A stretch of 64,000 nt of DNA from Myxococcota bacterium (GTDB lineage: Bacteria > Myxococcota_A > UBA796 > JAJRTE01): contig JAJRTE010000118.1 of assembly GCA_024278455.1 (NCBI GenBank), positions 33,521 to 97,520 of the forward strand, in the 5' to 3' direction. The number at the start of each line of letters is the position of its first letter. The first letter of the stretch is position 1. Positions 39,238 through 48,947 of the stretch are shown in pieces. The position numbers and the translations under genes were made by a program. The notes beneath the pieces were generated by a model. The model worked only from the letters and a program-made list of their open reading frames with translations, did no database searches and had not been told where the DNA came from.

Positions 39238-40665
39238 ATGCCAGGAGAGCAGCAAGTACTGACTCCCTCCACAAGTGCTTCGCTCGAATCGGTGTATCCT
39301 CAAACCAAATGGCTCGCCCTCGTGCCGGGCATCCTGCTGCTTGGGCTGGTCGTGGCGGGGATGGCGTCTCTCTTCTCGCCCCCACAGGATGCCGGACCGT
39401 ACGGCATGGCTGCGGGGAATCAGCAGAGAACCGATGATGGCGCCGGAACACCTTCGCTCCGCGAACAGGCCATCGAATCCATCCGGATGGCAGCAACACT
39501 CCAGGAAGAGGACCCCGCCGAAGCCGAACGGCTCTACCGGCGCGCCCAGCAGGTTGCGCTCGACGCAGGTGACAACGGAGTGGCCGCATGGTCTCTTCGC
39601 ATGCTCGGTGACATGAAGAGCGATAGCGCTGTGCGAAACGCACGGGATGGCGATGGAAACGCCCCGGCCGAGTTCGACGAAGCCGAGGCGTTGTTGCAGC
39701 AGGCGTTGGAGATGGATCAATCCCATGGGTACGTGCAGGACTCTTACCTCGACTTGCTAGCATTGGCCGCTCTGGAGAAAAAACGAAAGGATTACCCAGC
39801 GGCAGAAAAAAGGTACCGGGAGATTCACCAGATCGCCTCGATGGACTCCGGCATGGCTCCGCTGATAGCCTGTTCGGCAGCAGCCGACCTTGGCGACTTG
39901 CTTCGCGAAACCGAGGGAGACGTGAAGAATGCGCAGAAGGCCTACCAGGATTGCCTGGCGACCTATCGGGATAGGGGTGACGCGCCCCGGGAGGCCTACT
40001 ACCTGTGGCGGCTCGGCGTCAACGCGTTCGAGCGTCTCGCCTTTGACGAGGCCATCGAAAGCCTCGAGAAGAGCGTGAAGATTTGGGACGAGGAACGCAC
40101 ATCTGGCCGGCTGAAGGAGTGGAATCAGAAGCCGATTCCGTGGTGGACATGGGTCTCGGAACAGTGGCTGGCGGTGGCTCGTATCCTCGAGATGGAGGAC
40201 CTGCAGGACCGCGATGGCGTGCACCTTTCCGAAGCGGGCAGAGTACGGGCGCAAGACGTGGACCCTGAGTGGATAGCTGGGCTGGCCGATGAGGCCCGGA
40301 TGTGGGCCCAGGAGATCCCGGCCACCACAGATCACATGCCCTATGCTGTGTGGGCCACTGCACTGTACCACCGGCTCACAGCGGCGCGGGACGGGGCGGA
40401 TTCCTTGGACGTCGAGCAAGACTTGCTGCGCTTGCGCCGGCAACGCGCCGACCACGAACTGGCGTTCCTGGCTGGCCGCGAACTGGCCGCATTCTATCTC
40501 GAACGCGGCGAGCGTTCCAGGGCACGCGCGACCGTGGCAGGTACCCTGGAGATGTTTCGGCCAGTCTACGCAAACGTTCCTTTTCTCAATCTTCACCACG
40601 AAGATCTCCTGAGGTGGCAGCGATCGCTGTCCGAAGGCCGCAGCGAGGTTTCGCCGGGCCGCTAG
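39238..40665 (+). CDS. Membrane-anchored TPR-like repeat protein (module 1)
   Basis: N-terminal TM anchor (WLALVPGILLLGLVVAGMASLF) followed by a TPR-like helical repeat region. It is a paralogue of the ORF at 60419..61867, sharing LAFDEAIESLE, ELAFLAGRELAAFYLE and NVPFLNLHHEDLLRWQ. Confidence 0.7.
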   Translation: MPGEQQVLTPSTSASLESVYPQTKWLALVPGILLLGLVVAGMASLFSPPQDAGPYGMAAGNQQRTDDGAGTPSLREQAIESIRMAATLQEEDPAEAERLYRRAQQVALDAGDNGVAAWSLRMLGDMKSDSAVRNARDGDGNAPAEFDEAEALLQQALEMDQSHGYVQDSYLDLLALAALEKKRKDYPAAEKRYREIHQIASMDSGMAPLIACSAAADLGDLLRETEGDVKNAQKAYQDCLATYRDRGDAPREAYYLWRLGVNAFERLAFDEAIESLEKSVKIWDEERTSGRLKEWNQKPIPWWTWVSEQWLAVARILEMEDLQDRDGVHLSEAGRVRAQDVDPEWIAGLADEARMWAQEIPATTDHMPYAVWATALYHRLTAARDGADSLDVEQDLLRLRRQRADHELAFLAGRELAAFYLERGERSRARATVAGTLEMFRPVYANVPFLNLHHEDLLRWQRSLSEGRSEVSPGR

Positions 40666-41273
40666 GCATGGCTATTCCTGCCAGGGTGCGCGTCAATCTC
40701 CGCAGCATAGGTTTTTGGCTTGGAGGCTGCTATGTGGTGGTGTAGGAAAAGATACATCTGCTTGATTGTTGGGCTCGTGGCGCTCATGGCGTGCCTGCAC
40801 TTCTCGATACCAGGTTGGGGCGTTTCGGTGGCATAGGAGAAGGTCCGCACCTCGTCGTGGCCGGCCCAGATCGTGGAACTCGTCAGGGCCCAGGTTACCC
40901 GGTTCTACGCCTTCCCCCACTTTGTCGGCAGTACCGATCGTTGCCGACTCCGACTCCAACGCCACAGCCCGATCTCCAGCGACGGCCCCTGCAACACCGC
41001 GGCCGCTGACCCAGGTGCAACGAGCAGAGCCGCGGGGCTGATCTTGCGTTCACCAGCGGTGGGGGCACCTGGTTCGATCCCGGAGGAGACGGATCCGTGG
41101 CACGATCAGGCCGAGCCCCCAGGAACGTTGTTCCCCTTGACCGACCCATCTGCCACACCCTGGTGGTGCTCCTCTTGGCGGTGCTCTTCTCGTCGTCCCC
41201 TGTGCATGGTGACTAGAGCAGCCAGGTCAATGGTAGTGAGACTGCCGAGAGTTTCCGCGTAGACCTCATCCAA

Positions 41274-43487
41274 TTGTCTCGATCTCCCTATCGCGGCGCG
41301 CCCACGGTGAAGGCCCGGTGTGCAACCGGGTCTCCCGAAGACCAGGCTTCCACGTTGCACCTGCGGCTTCCCGGAACCAGGGTGGCAGATCCATCAAGGA
41401 CCGTATCCATCCAGTTGCCGTGCACGAATGGTTTCGACTGGCCCCTCGAGGTGGCGAATCGCAGTGGGCCGGCGAATGAGGCGCGCGTTACGTTTCGAGC
41501 CGGTTCGGAGGAGACGTCGGCCGACCGTGCGCCCATGCCCTTCTTCATCCGCCGCAACGATTTTGTCGAAAGGCGTCTTGCGGAAATCGCACCGATCGGG
41601 ATCAACGCTCTCGCCTGCGGCCTCCCTGGCGACATCTGTGCCGTGGGAGGACGTGCCGGCTCGACCATGGTGAAGGAGCCGTTCGAGCAATCCGTTCTCC
41701 ACCTGTCATACAGCGATGGCTTGCCCGGTAGAGCCGTGATGTCGCTGGACCGTGCCGGCAAGACACTGTGGATTCAGACGGAGGATGGTTATTGCCGCTA
41801 CGATCCTCCCGGCGTACTACGGTGCGGACCGGCGACACCTGGGCTCGCCCGCTCCAGGCCGGGCAGATATCGAATCGTGGCGGATCCCATCCTGGAAGAA
41901 TGTGCCTGGGCGTTGCGGCCCGGCGGCAAGGTCAGGGCGGTCCATGGGCCATCTGGACCGATCGGCTCGGCGTTGAGGGAATACGAGGACGAGGTGCTGG
42001 AGGCGTTGGAAGCAGACGACATCGTGCTGCTGAACCTGGATCGCTGCCAGCAGCTTTGGGTGCTGGAGGGCGGGAAGCAGTACGACGTGTTCGTGCGCTG
42101 TCTTTTCGAAGACCCCCGCGACTCGAGCAGCCCATGTGGAGGATGGGTGGCCCCCCCCTCGAACCAGGTGCCGCTGGATGGCGATATCTGGCATGCAACG
42201 GGCGATCCTGCCCGCGTTGCATGGGTGTGGGGCTGGGGAACCGGGACGCTGAGAATCGACGCCGCTGTCGAGGATGGGAGCGTGGAGACCGGTGTTCGCC
42301 CCAAAGGAAGCCCCGTGTACGAGGAGAAGCTGCACACCCTTCTGCCGAAAGATGAGAAGGGGGGCTCGGACACGAACGTCCGATTGATTCTTCCTACCCG
42401 GGAGGGGGTCTGGATCGCTGGAGCGCAACGCGTCTGGTGGATCCCGAGAAAAGACTCGGGAGACGCAGAGCCCGGCGCCCCGGAACCGGGGAGTGCAGGC
42501 GACAAAGGTTTTGTTGGGCAGGTGCCTCGTGCGACCAGAGAGGGCGCTTCGCCGATCATCAAGGCCATGGCACCCACCGATGGCGGTGCCGGGGAGGCGC
42601 TTCTTGTTGCGACCGACCTGGGCGTGCACCGCTGCTGGCCCACTTTTGATGCCAAAGACCGCGTCACGTGCCGGGCGAGCACGCGAGTAGGGTACGCCGG
42701 TCCACAGGACGCGCGAATTACGGCCGCCTGGGCCGACATGAGCGGACGGTTCTGGGTGGGAGACTCCCGCGGTGGCGTTCATCTTCTGAGCCTGGACAGA
42801 ACGTTCGTACCCCATTGGGCCGACTCCATCGATCTGGGCGACAAGTACTATGCCGGCTCTGAACCTTTGGAGTCCGATAGTGGTGGTGGAGCTGACAGGG
42901 GCTGCTCGAGAGAGCGTCGAGCGGTTCAGGCCCTGGTGAAGACCAGCCGGTGGCTGTACATCGCTTGTTCGGACATGCTGTTTCTTTGGGACGTCGAGGG
43001 GCTTCCGGGCAGCGGAGGTGTCGCACCCCGGAGCACACCTGTCCCAATCATGTTCCAGAAGCCCTTTCTCACACCCGCGAATGCGGACGACCTGTTCGAC
43101 CGTCTTCCCATCGCAAGAATGCGGCTCGACCCTCAGAGCAGGGTGTTGGTCGCTACCAGCAACGGCCTCTACAGCGGTCCCCCTGTCGGCAAGGGGGGCG
43201 ACAACTCGCCGGTCTATTTGCGGTCAGTCCCACTTCCCCTTCCGCACGTAGGCGATGACACGGGAAACGGTGTCCCACGAAATAAGATCTCGGACTTCGC
43301 CTGCGATCGGAAAGACCGCCTGTGGGTGATAGTCGGCGGCAGCCTCTCGTACTTCAAGGTCGAGCATCGAGGGAACGCCACGAGCAGCGATACCGGCAGC
43401 GGGACCGCGCAGGCGAGCGACGAAGGATGCGGAACGGATCGATCGTCACAACAAGACGGGACGCCGGCGGACAACGCTCCAGAATGA
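41274..43487 (+). CDS. Large Reg_prop (two-component regulator propeller)-like beta-propeller repeat protein (module 1). The N-terminus is possibly disrupted
   Basis: Repeats of the L-W-I/V-G/A-T-x-x-G-L/I-x-x-Y/F type (TLWIQTEDGYCRYD, RFWVGDSRGGVHLL, LWVIVGGSLSYF). Paralogue of 56480..60067. A signal/anchor-like segment (LVVLLLAVLFSSSPVHG) lies in the same frame upstream but is separated from the TTG start by an in-frame TAG at 41214-41216. Confidence 0.6.
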   Translation: MSRSPYRGAPTVKARCATGSPEDQASTLHLRLPGTRVADPSRTVSIQLPCTNGFDWPLEVANRSGPANEARVTFRAGSEETSADRAPMPFFIRRNDFVERRLAEIAPIGINALACGLPGDICAVGGRAGSTMVKEPFEQSVLHLSYSDGLPGRAVMSLDRAGKTLWIQTEDGYCRYDPPGVLRCGPATPGLARSRPGRYRIVADPILEECAWALRPGGKVRAVHGPSGPIGSALREYEDEVLEALEADDIVLLNLDRCQQLWVLEGGKQYDVFVRCLFEDPRDSSSPCGGWVAPPSNQVPLDGDIWHATGDPARVAWVWGWGTGTLRIDAAVEDGSVETGVRPKGSPVYEEKLHTLLPKDEKGGSDTNVRLILPTREGVWIAGAQRVWWIPRKDSGDAEPGAPEPGSAGDKGFVGQVPRATREGASPIIKAMAPTDGGAGEALLVATDLGVHRCWPTFDAKDRVTCRASTRVGYAGPQDARITAAWADMSGRFWVGDSRGGVHLLSLDRTFVPHWADSIDLGDKYYAGSEPLESDSGGGADRGCSRERRAVQALVKTSRWLYIACSDMLFLWDVEGLPGSGGVAPRSTPVPIMFQKPFLTPANADDLFDRLPIARMRLDPQSRVLVATSNGLYSGPPVGKGGDNSPVYLRSVPLPLPHVGDDTGNGVPRNKISDFACDRKDRLWVIVGGSLSYFKVEHRGNATSSDTGSGTAQASDEGCGTDRSSQQDGTPADNAPE

Positions 43488-43805
43488 TGCGCGTTTCCCC
43501 TCCACCCCGTGACCTCCTCATGCGGCCCGATCGCGGGCACTGTCCTCCCACGATTCTCGCCACACCCCGTCAACGCCGGAAAGCCAACGTTCCTGTTCCA
43601 CGGTGATCGCCATCGTTGCCCGGAGCGTCTCGTCCCTCTTCCGCTCACTTCACCTTGCCAACCGGGCGTGAATCTCCTATCGTATTCCCCGCGAGAGGCA
43701 CGGCCTTGTCCGGCAAGGCGCGACGGGACGGTCTGGCGTCGCTGCCGGTCTCGGTCCCCTCACGGCGGCTGCCGAAGCAGTGCCCGGCCGTAGCGGGTCG
43801 GCTCG

Positions 43806-44906
43806 ATGGAGCGGTATGGCATGGCGTGGCTCGTGGATGCAGCCCAACTGACTACACGTCTCGGCAAGGCCCTCGTCTCGGGCCGTGTGCCAAACTACGT
43901 CATCGCCTTCGTGACCGGACACTGCAACATGTCCTGCGCCTTTTGCTGCCCGGCTTCCCGGTCCATCCGTGACGCGGATGAACTCGACCCGGACCAGTGG
44001 GGGCGCGCCTTGTCCGGGTGCGACGCACTGGTTCATCTCACCGTCACCGGCGGCGAGCCCTTCTTGCGCGACGACCTCCTCGACGTCGTCTCGAGTATGG
44101 TAGGTTCCAGCGGCGTTCCTCGGCTGAGCATCAACACCAACGGGTACTTCACGGGCAGGATCTTCGCCACCCTCGAGACGCTGTTGCGCCGGTTCCCGGG
44201 GGTCGACACCTGCCTGGCGATCTCCCTGGACGGACCTCGAGCCGTTCACGACGCGCTGAGAGGCATGCCCGGGGCGTTCACGCGGGCCCGATCCACCATC
44301 GACGAGGTGGACAGGCTGCGCTCGAGGTATCCTCGGCTCACGGTCCGTCTCACGTCGGTCCTACAGCCGGACAACGCAGATGTGCTGGGACCGTTCCTCG
44401 AGGAGACCGCCCTCTGGCCCGTCGACTTCCACGAGCTGGCCTTGATCCGTGACGTGCCGATCGAGGTTCAGCGCCAGGTGGTGGAAGCCTACCGCAGGCT
44501 CACCGCCGTGCAGCTCCGCCGGGCATCCCGCCGCTACCTCCAGACCATGGATTGGCGGCTCGCCCGGCAGCTCCGGCAGGACGTGTTGGACCAGACCGCC
44601 GAAGGGGCGAGACCGTTTGGTTGCCTCGCGGGCGGCCGGATGATCGAGGTGATGGCCGACGGCACCGTGCGCGGGTGCGAAATGGAGAAGATGCGGCCTC
44701 ACAGCAACCTGGGGCGGGTTGGGGGTGACGCACACACCATCGTGGACCTGCTGGCCGGCGAACCGGCGAGGCGGTTCCGGCGCAGGGCGGCGTCGTGCCA
44801 CTGTACGTTCGAGTGCGCACTGACCTGCAAGACCGTATTCACGCCTCGAGCATGGCCCCGCCTGTGGATGCCACGTCGCTTCGGGCCGGAACAGGAGGAC
44901 CGATGA
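43806..44906 (+). CDS. Radical SAM / SPASM-domain protein
   Basis: CxxxCxxC (GHCNMSCAFCC), GGEPFL, and a C-terminal Cys-rich SPASM-like region (CHCTFECALTC). Confidence 0.8.
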   Translation: MERYGMAWLVDAAQLTTRLGKALVSGRVPNYVIAFVTGHCNMSCAFCCPASRSIRDADELDPDQWGRALSGCDALVHLTVTGGEPFLRDDLLDVVSSMVGSSGVPRLSINTNGYFTGRIFATLETLLRRFPGVDTCLAISLDGPRAVHDALRGMPGAFTRARSTIDEVDRLRSRYPRLTVRLTSVLQPDNADVLGPFLEETALWPVDFHELALIRDVPIEVQRQVVEAYRRLTAVQLRRASRRYLQTMDWRLARQLRQDVLDQTAEGARPFGCLAGGRMIEVMADGTVRGCEMEKMRPHSNLGRVGGDAHTIVDLLAGEPARRFRRRAASCHCTFECALTCKTVFTPRAWPRLWMPRRFGPEQEDR

Positions 44907-45916
44907 ACCCGGTGGCGGTCAGCATTATCGTCCCCGCGCACAACGAAGCCTCGAGGCTCGATACGTGCTTGTCATCGATCGTCGAGATGTCCCGAACCAA
45001 GGGCTGGCAGGCACTGGTGGTGGACGACGGGAGCACCGACGAGACCGCCAAGGTCGCTCGAGGCGCGGGCCTACCGGTGATCCGAAACGAGACGCCACAA
45101 GGGGTGGCGGCGGCCCGCAACCTGGGAGCCAATCGCGCCGATGGCGACGTGCTGGTCTTCGTCGACGCCGATGTGGTGGCGCCGGCGGAAACACTCGAGG
45201 CCCTCGTCGCGCGGTTGGTGGACGATGCTGGCGTGCATGCTGTGGGTGCGTGGCCCGAAGTTTCGGACCTGTCGCCGGAATGGAGTGCCCGGTTCGTGGG
45301 CCTCCGCGCTGCCATGCCTTTCAAGATCGGGCCGCGATCGGACATCGAGTGCTTTTCCGCTTTCCAGTCCGAGTGCGGGGCCATCCGTCGCGAAACGTTC
45401 CAGGCCGTGGGAGGCTTCCCGGACCATCACCGGGGCGTTGGCATGGAAGAGTTCGAGATGGGCCACACTCTCGAGCGTCTCGGTTACCGGAATGTCATCC
45501 TGGCCGATGCCCACTACTACCACCATTTCAAACCGCTCGGTCCCCGGTGTCGCGAGCTGTACCGGCGAACGCGCCGGTGGGTTCCGCTCCTGCTCGACCG
45601 CGGGCGTCTCGAGTCCACCGGGGCGGTGGGAACTGGCCACGAGACCCTGTCCTGCGGGCTGTCCGTGGCCGCTGCCGCCGGGTTGGTGGTCGCGCCGTTT
45701 CACGCCGGCGGGCTGGTGTTGTCCGCTTCCGCCCTGGCTGCGCAAGGCTTGGTCGAGCGGCGGTTCCTGGCCCTGGCCCGGCGCACGTGCGGCCCCGCGA
45801 TGGCGCTGTACGCCCTGCCTGCGCTTCAGTGCATCAACCTGTCGATCGCCGCGGGGTTTGCGGCCGGGCTGGTCGACCAGGTCGCGCGCGGCGGCCGGAC
45901 GCCGGAGCAACGGTGA
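44903..45916 (+). CDS. Family 2 glycosyltransferase (GT-A fold)
   Basis: VSIIVPAHNEA ... VVDDGSTDET ... DxD (FVDAD). The start overlaps the stop of the preceding radical SAM gene. Confidence 0.8.
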   Translation: MNPVAVSIIVPAHNEASRLDTCLSSIVEMSRTKGWQALVVDDGSTDETAKVARGAGLPVIRNETPQGVAAARNLGANRADGDVLVFVDADVVAPAETLEALVARLVDDAGVHAVGAWPEVSDLSPEWSARFVGLRAAMPFKIGPRSDIECFSAFQSECGAIRRETFQAVGGFPDHHRGVGMEEFEMGHTLERLGYRNVILADAHYYHHFKPLGPRCRELYRRTRRWVPLLLDRGRLESTGAVGTGHETLSCGLSVAAAAGLVVAPFHAGGLVLSASALAAQGLVERRFLALARRTCGPAMALYALPALQCINLSIAAGFAAGLVDQVARGGRTPEQR

Positions 45917-45944
45917 TGGGGCGCTCCTGTTTCGGCGCAGCGCG

Positions 45945-45982
45945 CTGCGCCCCTGCCTCCCTCGCTCCTACTCGCTACTCGA
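45945..45982 (+). repeat. Partial copy of a roughly 30-bp GC-rich repeat motif (gYGCCCCTG ... CTCGCTaCTyC); see also 61951-62063
   Basis: tgcgcccctgcctccctcgctcctactcgctactcg aligns with the two direct repeats at 61958 and 62032. Confidence 0.3.
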
Positions 45983-46009
45983 GACGATGTCAAGATGGGT
46001 TGGGCGACC

Positions 46010-46471
46010 CTATTGGGGTCCTCGAGACGATCGCAACTCCCGATAACGTGTCTCTTCATGGAGTTCCGAATGGTGCGAACGGTGTTGGAAGCTCAACAAC
46101 CAATGGGAACCGGTCAGCAGGAATTGCCCGGTTTCGTCGCGGTTGGCGTCGATCCGCTCCTTGATGTAAGGAAGGAGGTCCGGGGCGTACTGCACCTCGT
46201 CGAATATCACGGGCGGTGGGTACATCTCGACGAAGGTACGCGGATCTCGCTGTGCAGCCCCGCGGACATCGGGTGGCTCCAGGGAGACGTAGCGGTGGTG
46301 CGTTCCGAAGAGGTGCAGCAGGAGCGTGGTCTTGCTGGCCAGGCGGGGTCCGGTGAGCACCAGGGCCGGGAACTCGGCGGCCGCTTCCTTGAGGATGGGC
46401 TCCAACGATCGCTCGATGTCGGCTGGACGCACGGGCAGCCTCCTTGGTGGAGACGCGCATTTCGAATGCAC
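46010..46471 (-). pseudogene. N-terminal fragment of an AAA_14/DUF4143-family ATPase with a degenerate Walker A
   Basis: ALVLTGPRLASKTTLL (the GK Gly is replaced by Ser), IFDEVQYAPDL, FLLTGSH, then loss of similarity after about 120 aa. Homologous to the intact copy at 32089..33288. Confidence 0.5.
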
Positions 46472-47079
46472 GAAGTCAGGTGCTGGAGGCGATTCACCGC
46501 AGGTTGAGCCGGTTGGCCACGGAAGAACGGCGTCTTCGCACGGCTTGGCGGTTGGCGACCGGCCTGGGATCCTCCCATCCGACGGAAAACGGGTTCACCT
46601 TCGACTGGAACGTCGGCGTGCCGTTTCTCCCAGGATCGTCCCTCAAAGGGCTCGCACTCGCCCATGCGCGCCTGATCGGGATGACCGAGGACCGTGTCAC
46701 GGCCCTGTTCGGGCTCCAGCGGGACGAGGACCGGGTGCGCGAGGACTGGAGCGCGTCGGGAGACCTGGTCTTCCTGCCCGCCTACCCCAGCCGGTGGCCG
46801 GACATCGAGGTGGATGTGGTCAACTGCCACCACCCGGAGTACCATGGAGATCGCCCGGGCAGCCGTCCGGCACGTCCGGCTGTGGACTACGAGAATCCCA
46901 ACCCTGTCTTCTTTCTCACCGTGGCTTCGGACCAGGACTTCATCTTCCGGCTGTTCAGCCGGACCGGAGACCTGCGGGCGGTCGAGCGCGGGTTCCAACT
47001 CCTCGAGGAGGGCCTGGGCACGCTTGGCGTCGGGGCAAAGACTGCCGTGGGGTATGGGTTGCTGGCGCCGGTCTCGTGA
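46444..47079 (+). CDS. RAMP-superfamily protein (Cas7 group, Cmr6/Csm3-like), solitary
   Basis: Cmr6-type N-terminal motif (TGLGSSHPTENGFTFDWNVGVPFLPGSSLKGLALAHARL) and a C-terminal glycine-rich loop (LGTLGVGAKTAVGYGLL). 211 aa with a TTG or GTG start. There is no other cas gene in the window. Confidence 0.65.
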   Translation: MVETRISNARSQVLEAIHRRLSRLATEERRLRTAWRLATGLGSSHPTENGFTFDWNVGVPFLPGSSLKGLALAHARLIGMTEDRVTALFGLQRDEDRVREDWSASGDLVFLPAYPSRWPDIEVDVVNCHHPEYHGDRPGSRPARPAVDYENPNPVFFLTVASDQDFIFRLFSRTGDLRAVERGFQLLEEGLGTLGVGAKTAVGYGLLAPVS

Positions 47080-47223
47080 CGAGTCGAGGCAGGTGGTGAT
47101 GTGCGGGCTCGTGCCGCGGAAGATCTCGAGAAGGAAGGGATTGTATTACAGATGGAACAACGTTCGTCATGCCCCGGTCGTGCGAGCACGAATGGACCGG
47201 AGAGGGACATCTTCAGGGCTCTA

Positions 47224-47388
47224 CTCTTCGGCACAAACCTGGCTCGAGGGAGAGGAGGGGGTGCAGTCGTAGTCTTGCGGCAAGAACCCGGCCGGGGCGT
47301 CCTCCCACGTGCCGGGCCAGAAGTAGTCCGGGAAGCCGTCGCCGTCCAGGTCCCAGGTCGCGCCGCTGTGTCCGGAGTCGTCCGGCAT
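47224..47388 (-). CDS. Candidate small ORF (55 aa): Asp/Trp/Tyr-rich peptide with an FG-GAP-like DxDGDGxxD loop
   Basis: MPDDSGHSGATWDLDGDGFPDYFWPGTWEDAPAGFLPQDYDCTPSSPSSQVCAEE. About 40 of the first 42 codons end in G or C (strong GC3 bias typical of real genes here). No clear Shine-Dalgarno. Absent from the track because it is under 60 aa. Confidence 0.3.
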
Positions 47389-47570
47389 TCGTAGGTCGGG
47401 GAGTCTTCGTCGTACGGGAGGCTGGACAAAAGGTCGTACGCCCTTCAGATGTCTCGAGACGAGGACCGTGAGCGGTTCGATCGGATGGCCGTGGTGCTCG
47501 ACTACGCGGCGATGTCATTCCCGACAAAGGTTCCGAACGGGCTTGAAATACCGCGCCGCGGCTGCTAGCC

Positions 47571-48947
47571 TTGAAAAGATACGTTGGTCATGGTGTGCAG
47601 CCGCGGCGTGCGACCTGCGGAAAACCCGGGTTTCTGAGAGTTGACTTGGATACGAAACGGATTCGGAAGCTGGACCGGTTCGCCGGAAAACCCTTGTGCC
47701 TGTCGTTGACCGTCCTCGAGCGGGTGCGTCGCACCGTTCGGCCGCGTGCCGGCGAGCCACCGAAAAAGATCCTGTTCCTCAAGCTCATCGAGATGGGCTC
47801 CACCGTGTTGGCCTGCCCGAGCTTCGAGGAGGCGACCGGCATGGTCGGTCGGGACAACCTGTACATCCTGGTGTTCGAGTCCAACCGCGCCATCGTGGAC
47901 ATATTGCCCTACTTCGAGCAGGACAATGTGTTGACAATCGACGATCGCAGTCTGCCCCGGTTCGTGCTCGGACTTCTCCGCGTGATGTGGCGAACCCGCC
48001 GGGAAAAGATCGACACCGCCATCGACATGGAAGGGCTCACGCGGGCGTCGGCGATCATCACCTACCTGACCGGGGCGAAGCGGCGGGTTGGATTCCACAA
48101 TTTCAGCGCCGAAGGTCCCTACCGGGGGCGGCTGTTCACCATCGAGCTGGGATACGCTTTCCAGCACCACACGGCCCGGATGTTCCTCTCCCTGGTGCGG
48201 GCCCTCGAGGCCCCGCTGGACCAGGTCCCCAAGCTCAAGCGAACCGTCGAAGTCAGCCCGGACGCCATGCCCCGTTTCGAGCCCACGTTGCAGGAGTTGG
48301 AAGAGATGGAGACAGGGCTCGATCAACGCTTCGTGGCGGGCTCGAGCGGAACCACGCCCCGGGGGCGCATTCGGGCCCGGCGAGGACCCAGGGTCATCTT
48401 GAACCCGAACTGCAACGACCAGCTCCCGCTCAGGAAATGGCCGGAAGATCGTTTCGTCGCCCTGGGCCGGCGACTGCTCGGAACCAGGGACGACCTCACG
48501 CTGATACTGACCGGCAACCCGTCGGAGCGGGCACCCTCCGAGGCGATGGCTCGAGCCATCGGGCCGGCGGACCGCGTGATCTCCATGGCCGGGGACACCT
48601 CGCTACGCCAGCTCTTGACCCTGTACCACCTGGCGGACGTCCTGGTCTCGAGCGATAGCGGTCCGTGCCACTTCGCCGCGCTGACACCCGTCCACGTGGT
48701 GGCCCTGTTCGGCCCGGAGACGCCGGCGCTATACAGCCCGCTGAGCGACCGGGTGACCACGATTTCCGCCGGCCTGGCATGCAGTCCCTGCCTCAACATG
48801 CTCAACCACCGGCTGTCGTCCTGTACCGACCCGGTGTGCATGCGAGAAATCCCGGTGGAGACCGTGCTGGGCGCCACGCTCGAGGCCCTGGCTTCGCGCC
48901 CGCAACGGCTCGATGCCGCCCAGGCGCGTGCTCCCGCAGGTTCATGA
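47571..48947 (+). CDS. Family 9 glycosyltransferase (ADP-heptose:LPS heptosyltransferase-like)
   Basis: KKILFLKLIEMGSTVLACP at the N-terminus and HLADVLVSSDSGPCHFAAL (GT9 signature). The exact start is uncertain (TTG/GTG candidates). Confidence 0.75.
   Translation: MKRYVGHGVQPRRATCGKPGFLRVDLDTKRIRKLDRFAGKPLCLSLTVLERVRRTVRPRAGEPPKKILFLKLIEMGSTVLACPSFEEATGMVGRDNLYILVFESNRAIVDILPYFEQDNVLTIDDRSLPRFVLGLLRVMWRTRREKIDTAIDMEGLTRASAIITYLTGAKRRVGFHNFSAEGPYRGRLFTIELGYAFQHHTARMFLSLVRALEAPLDQVPKLKRTVEVSPDAMPRFEPTLQELEEMETGLDQRFVAGSSGTTPRGRIRARRGPRVILNPNCNDQLPLRKWPEDRFVALGRRLLGTRDDLTLILTGNPSERAPSEAMARAIGPADRVISMAGDTSLRQLLTLYHLADVLVSSDSGPCHFAALTPVHVVALFGPETPALYSPLSDRVTTISAGLACSPCLNMLNHRLSSCTDPVCMREIPVETVLGATLEALASRPQRLDAAQARAPAGS

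Noticed and set aside
40873-41262. 129-aa plus-strand ORF upstream of the module-1 propeller gene
   Set aside because: It is in a different frame from the propeller gene and has poor codon bias. The meaningful upstream signal (hydrophobic segment plus TAG) is in the propeller gene frame instead.
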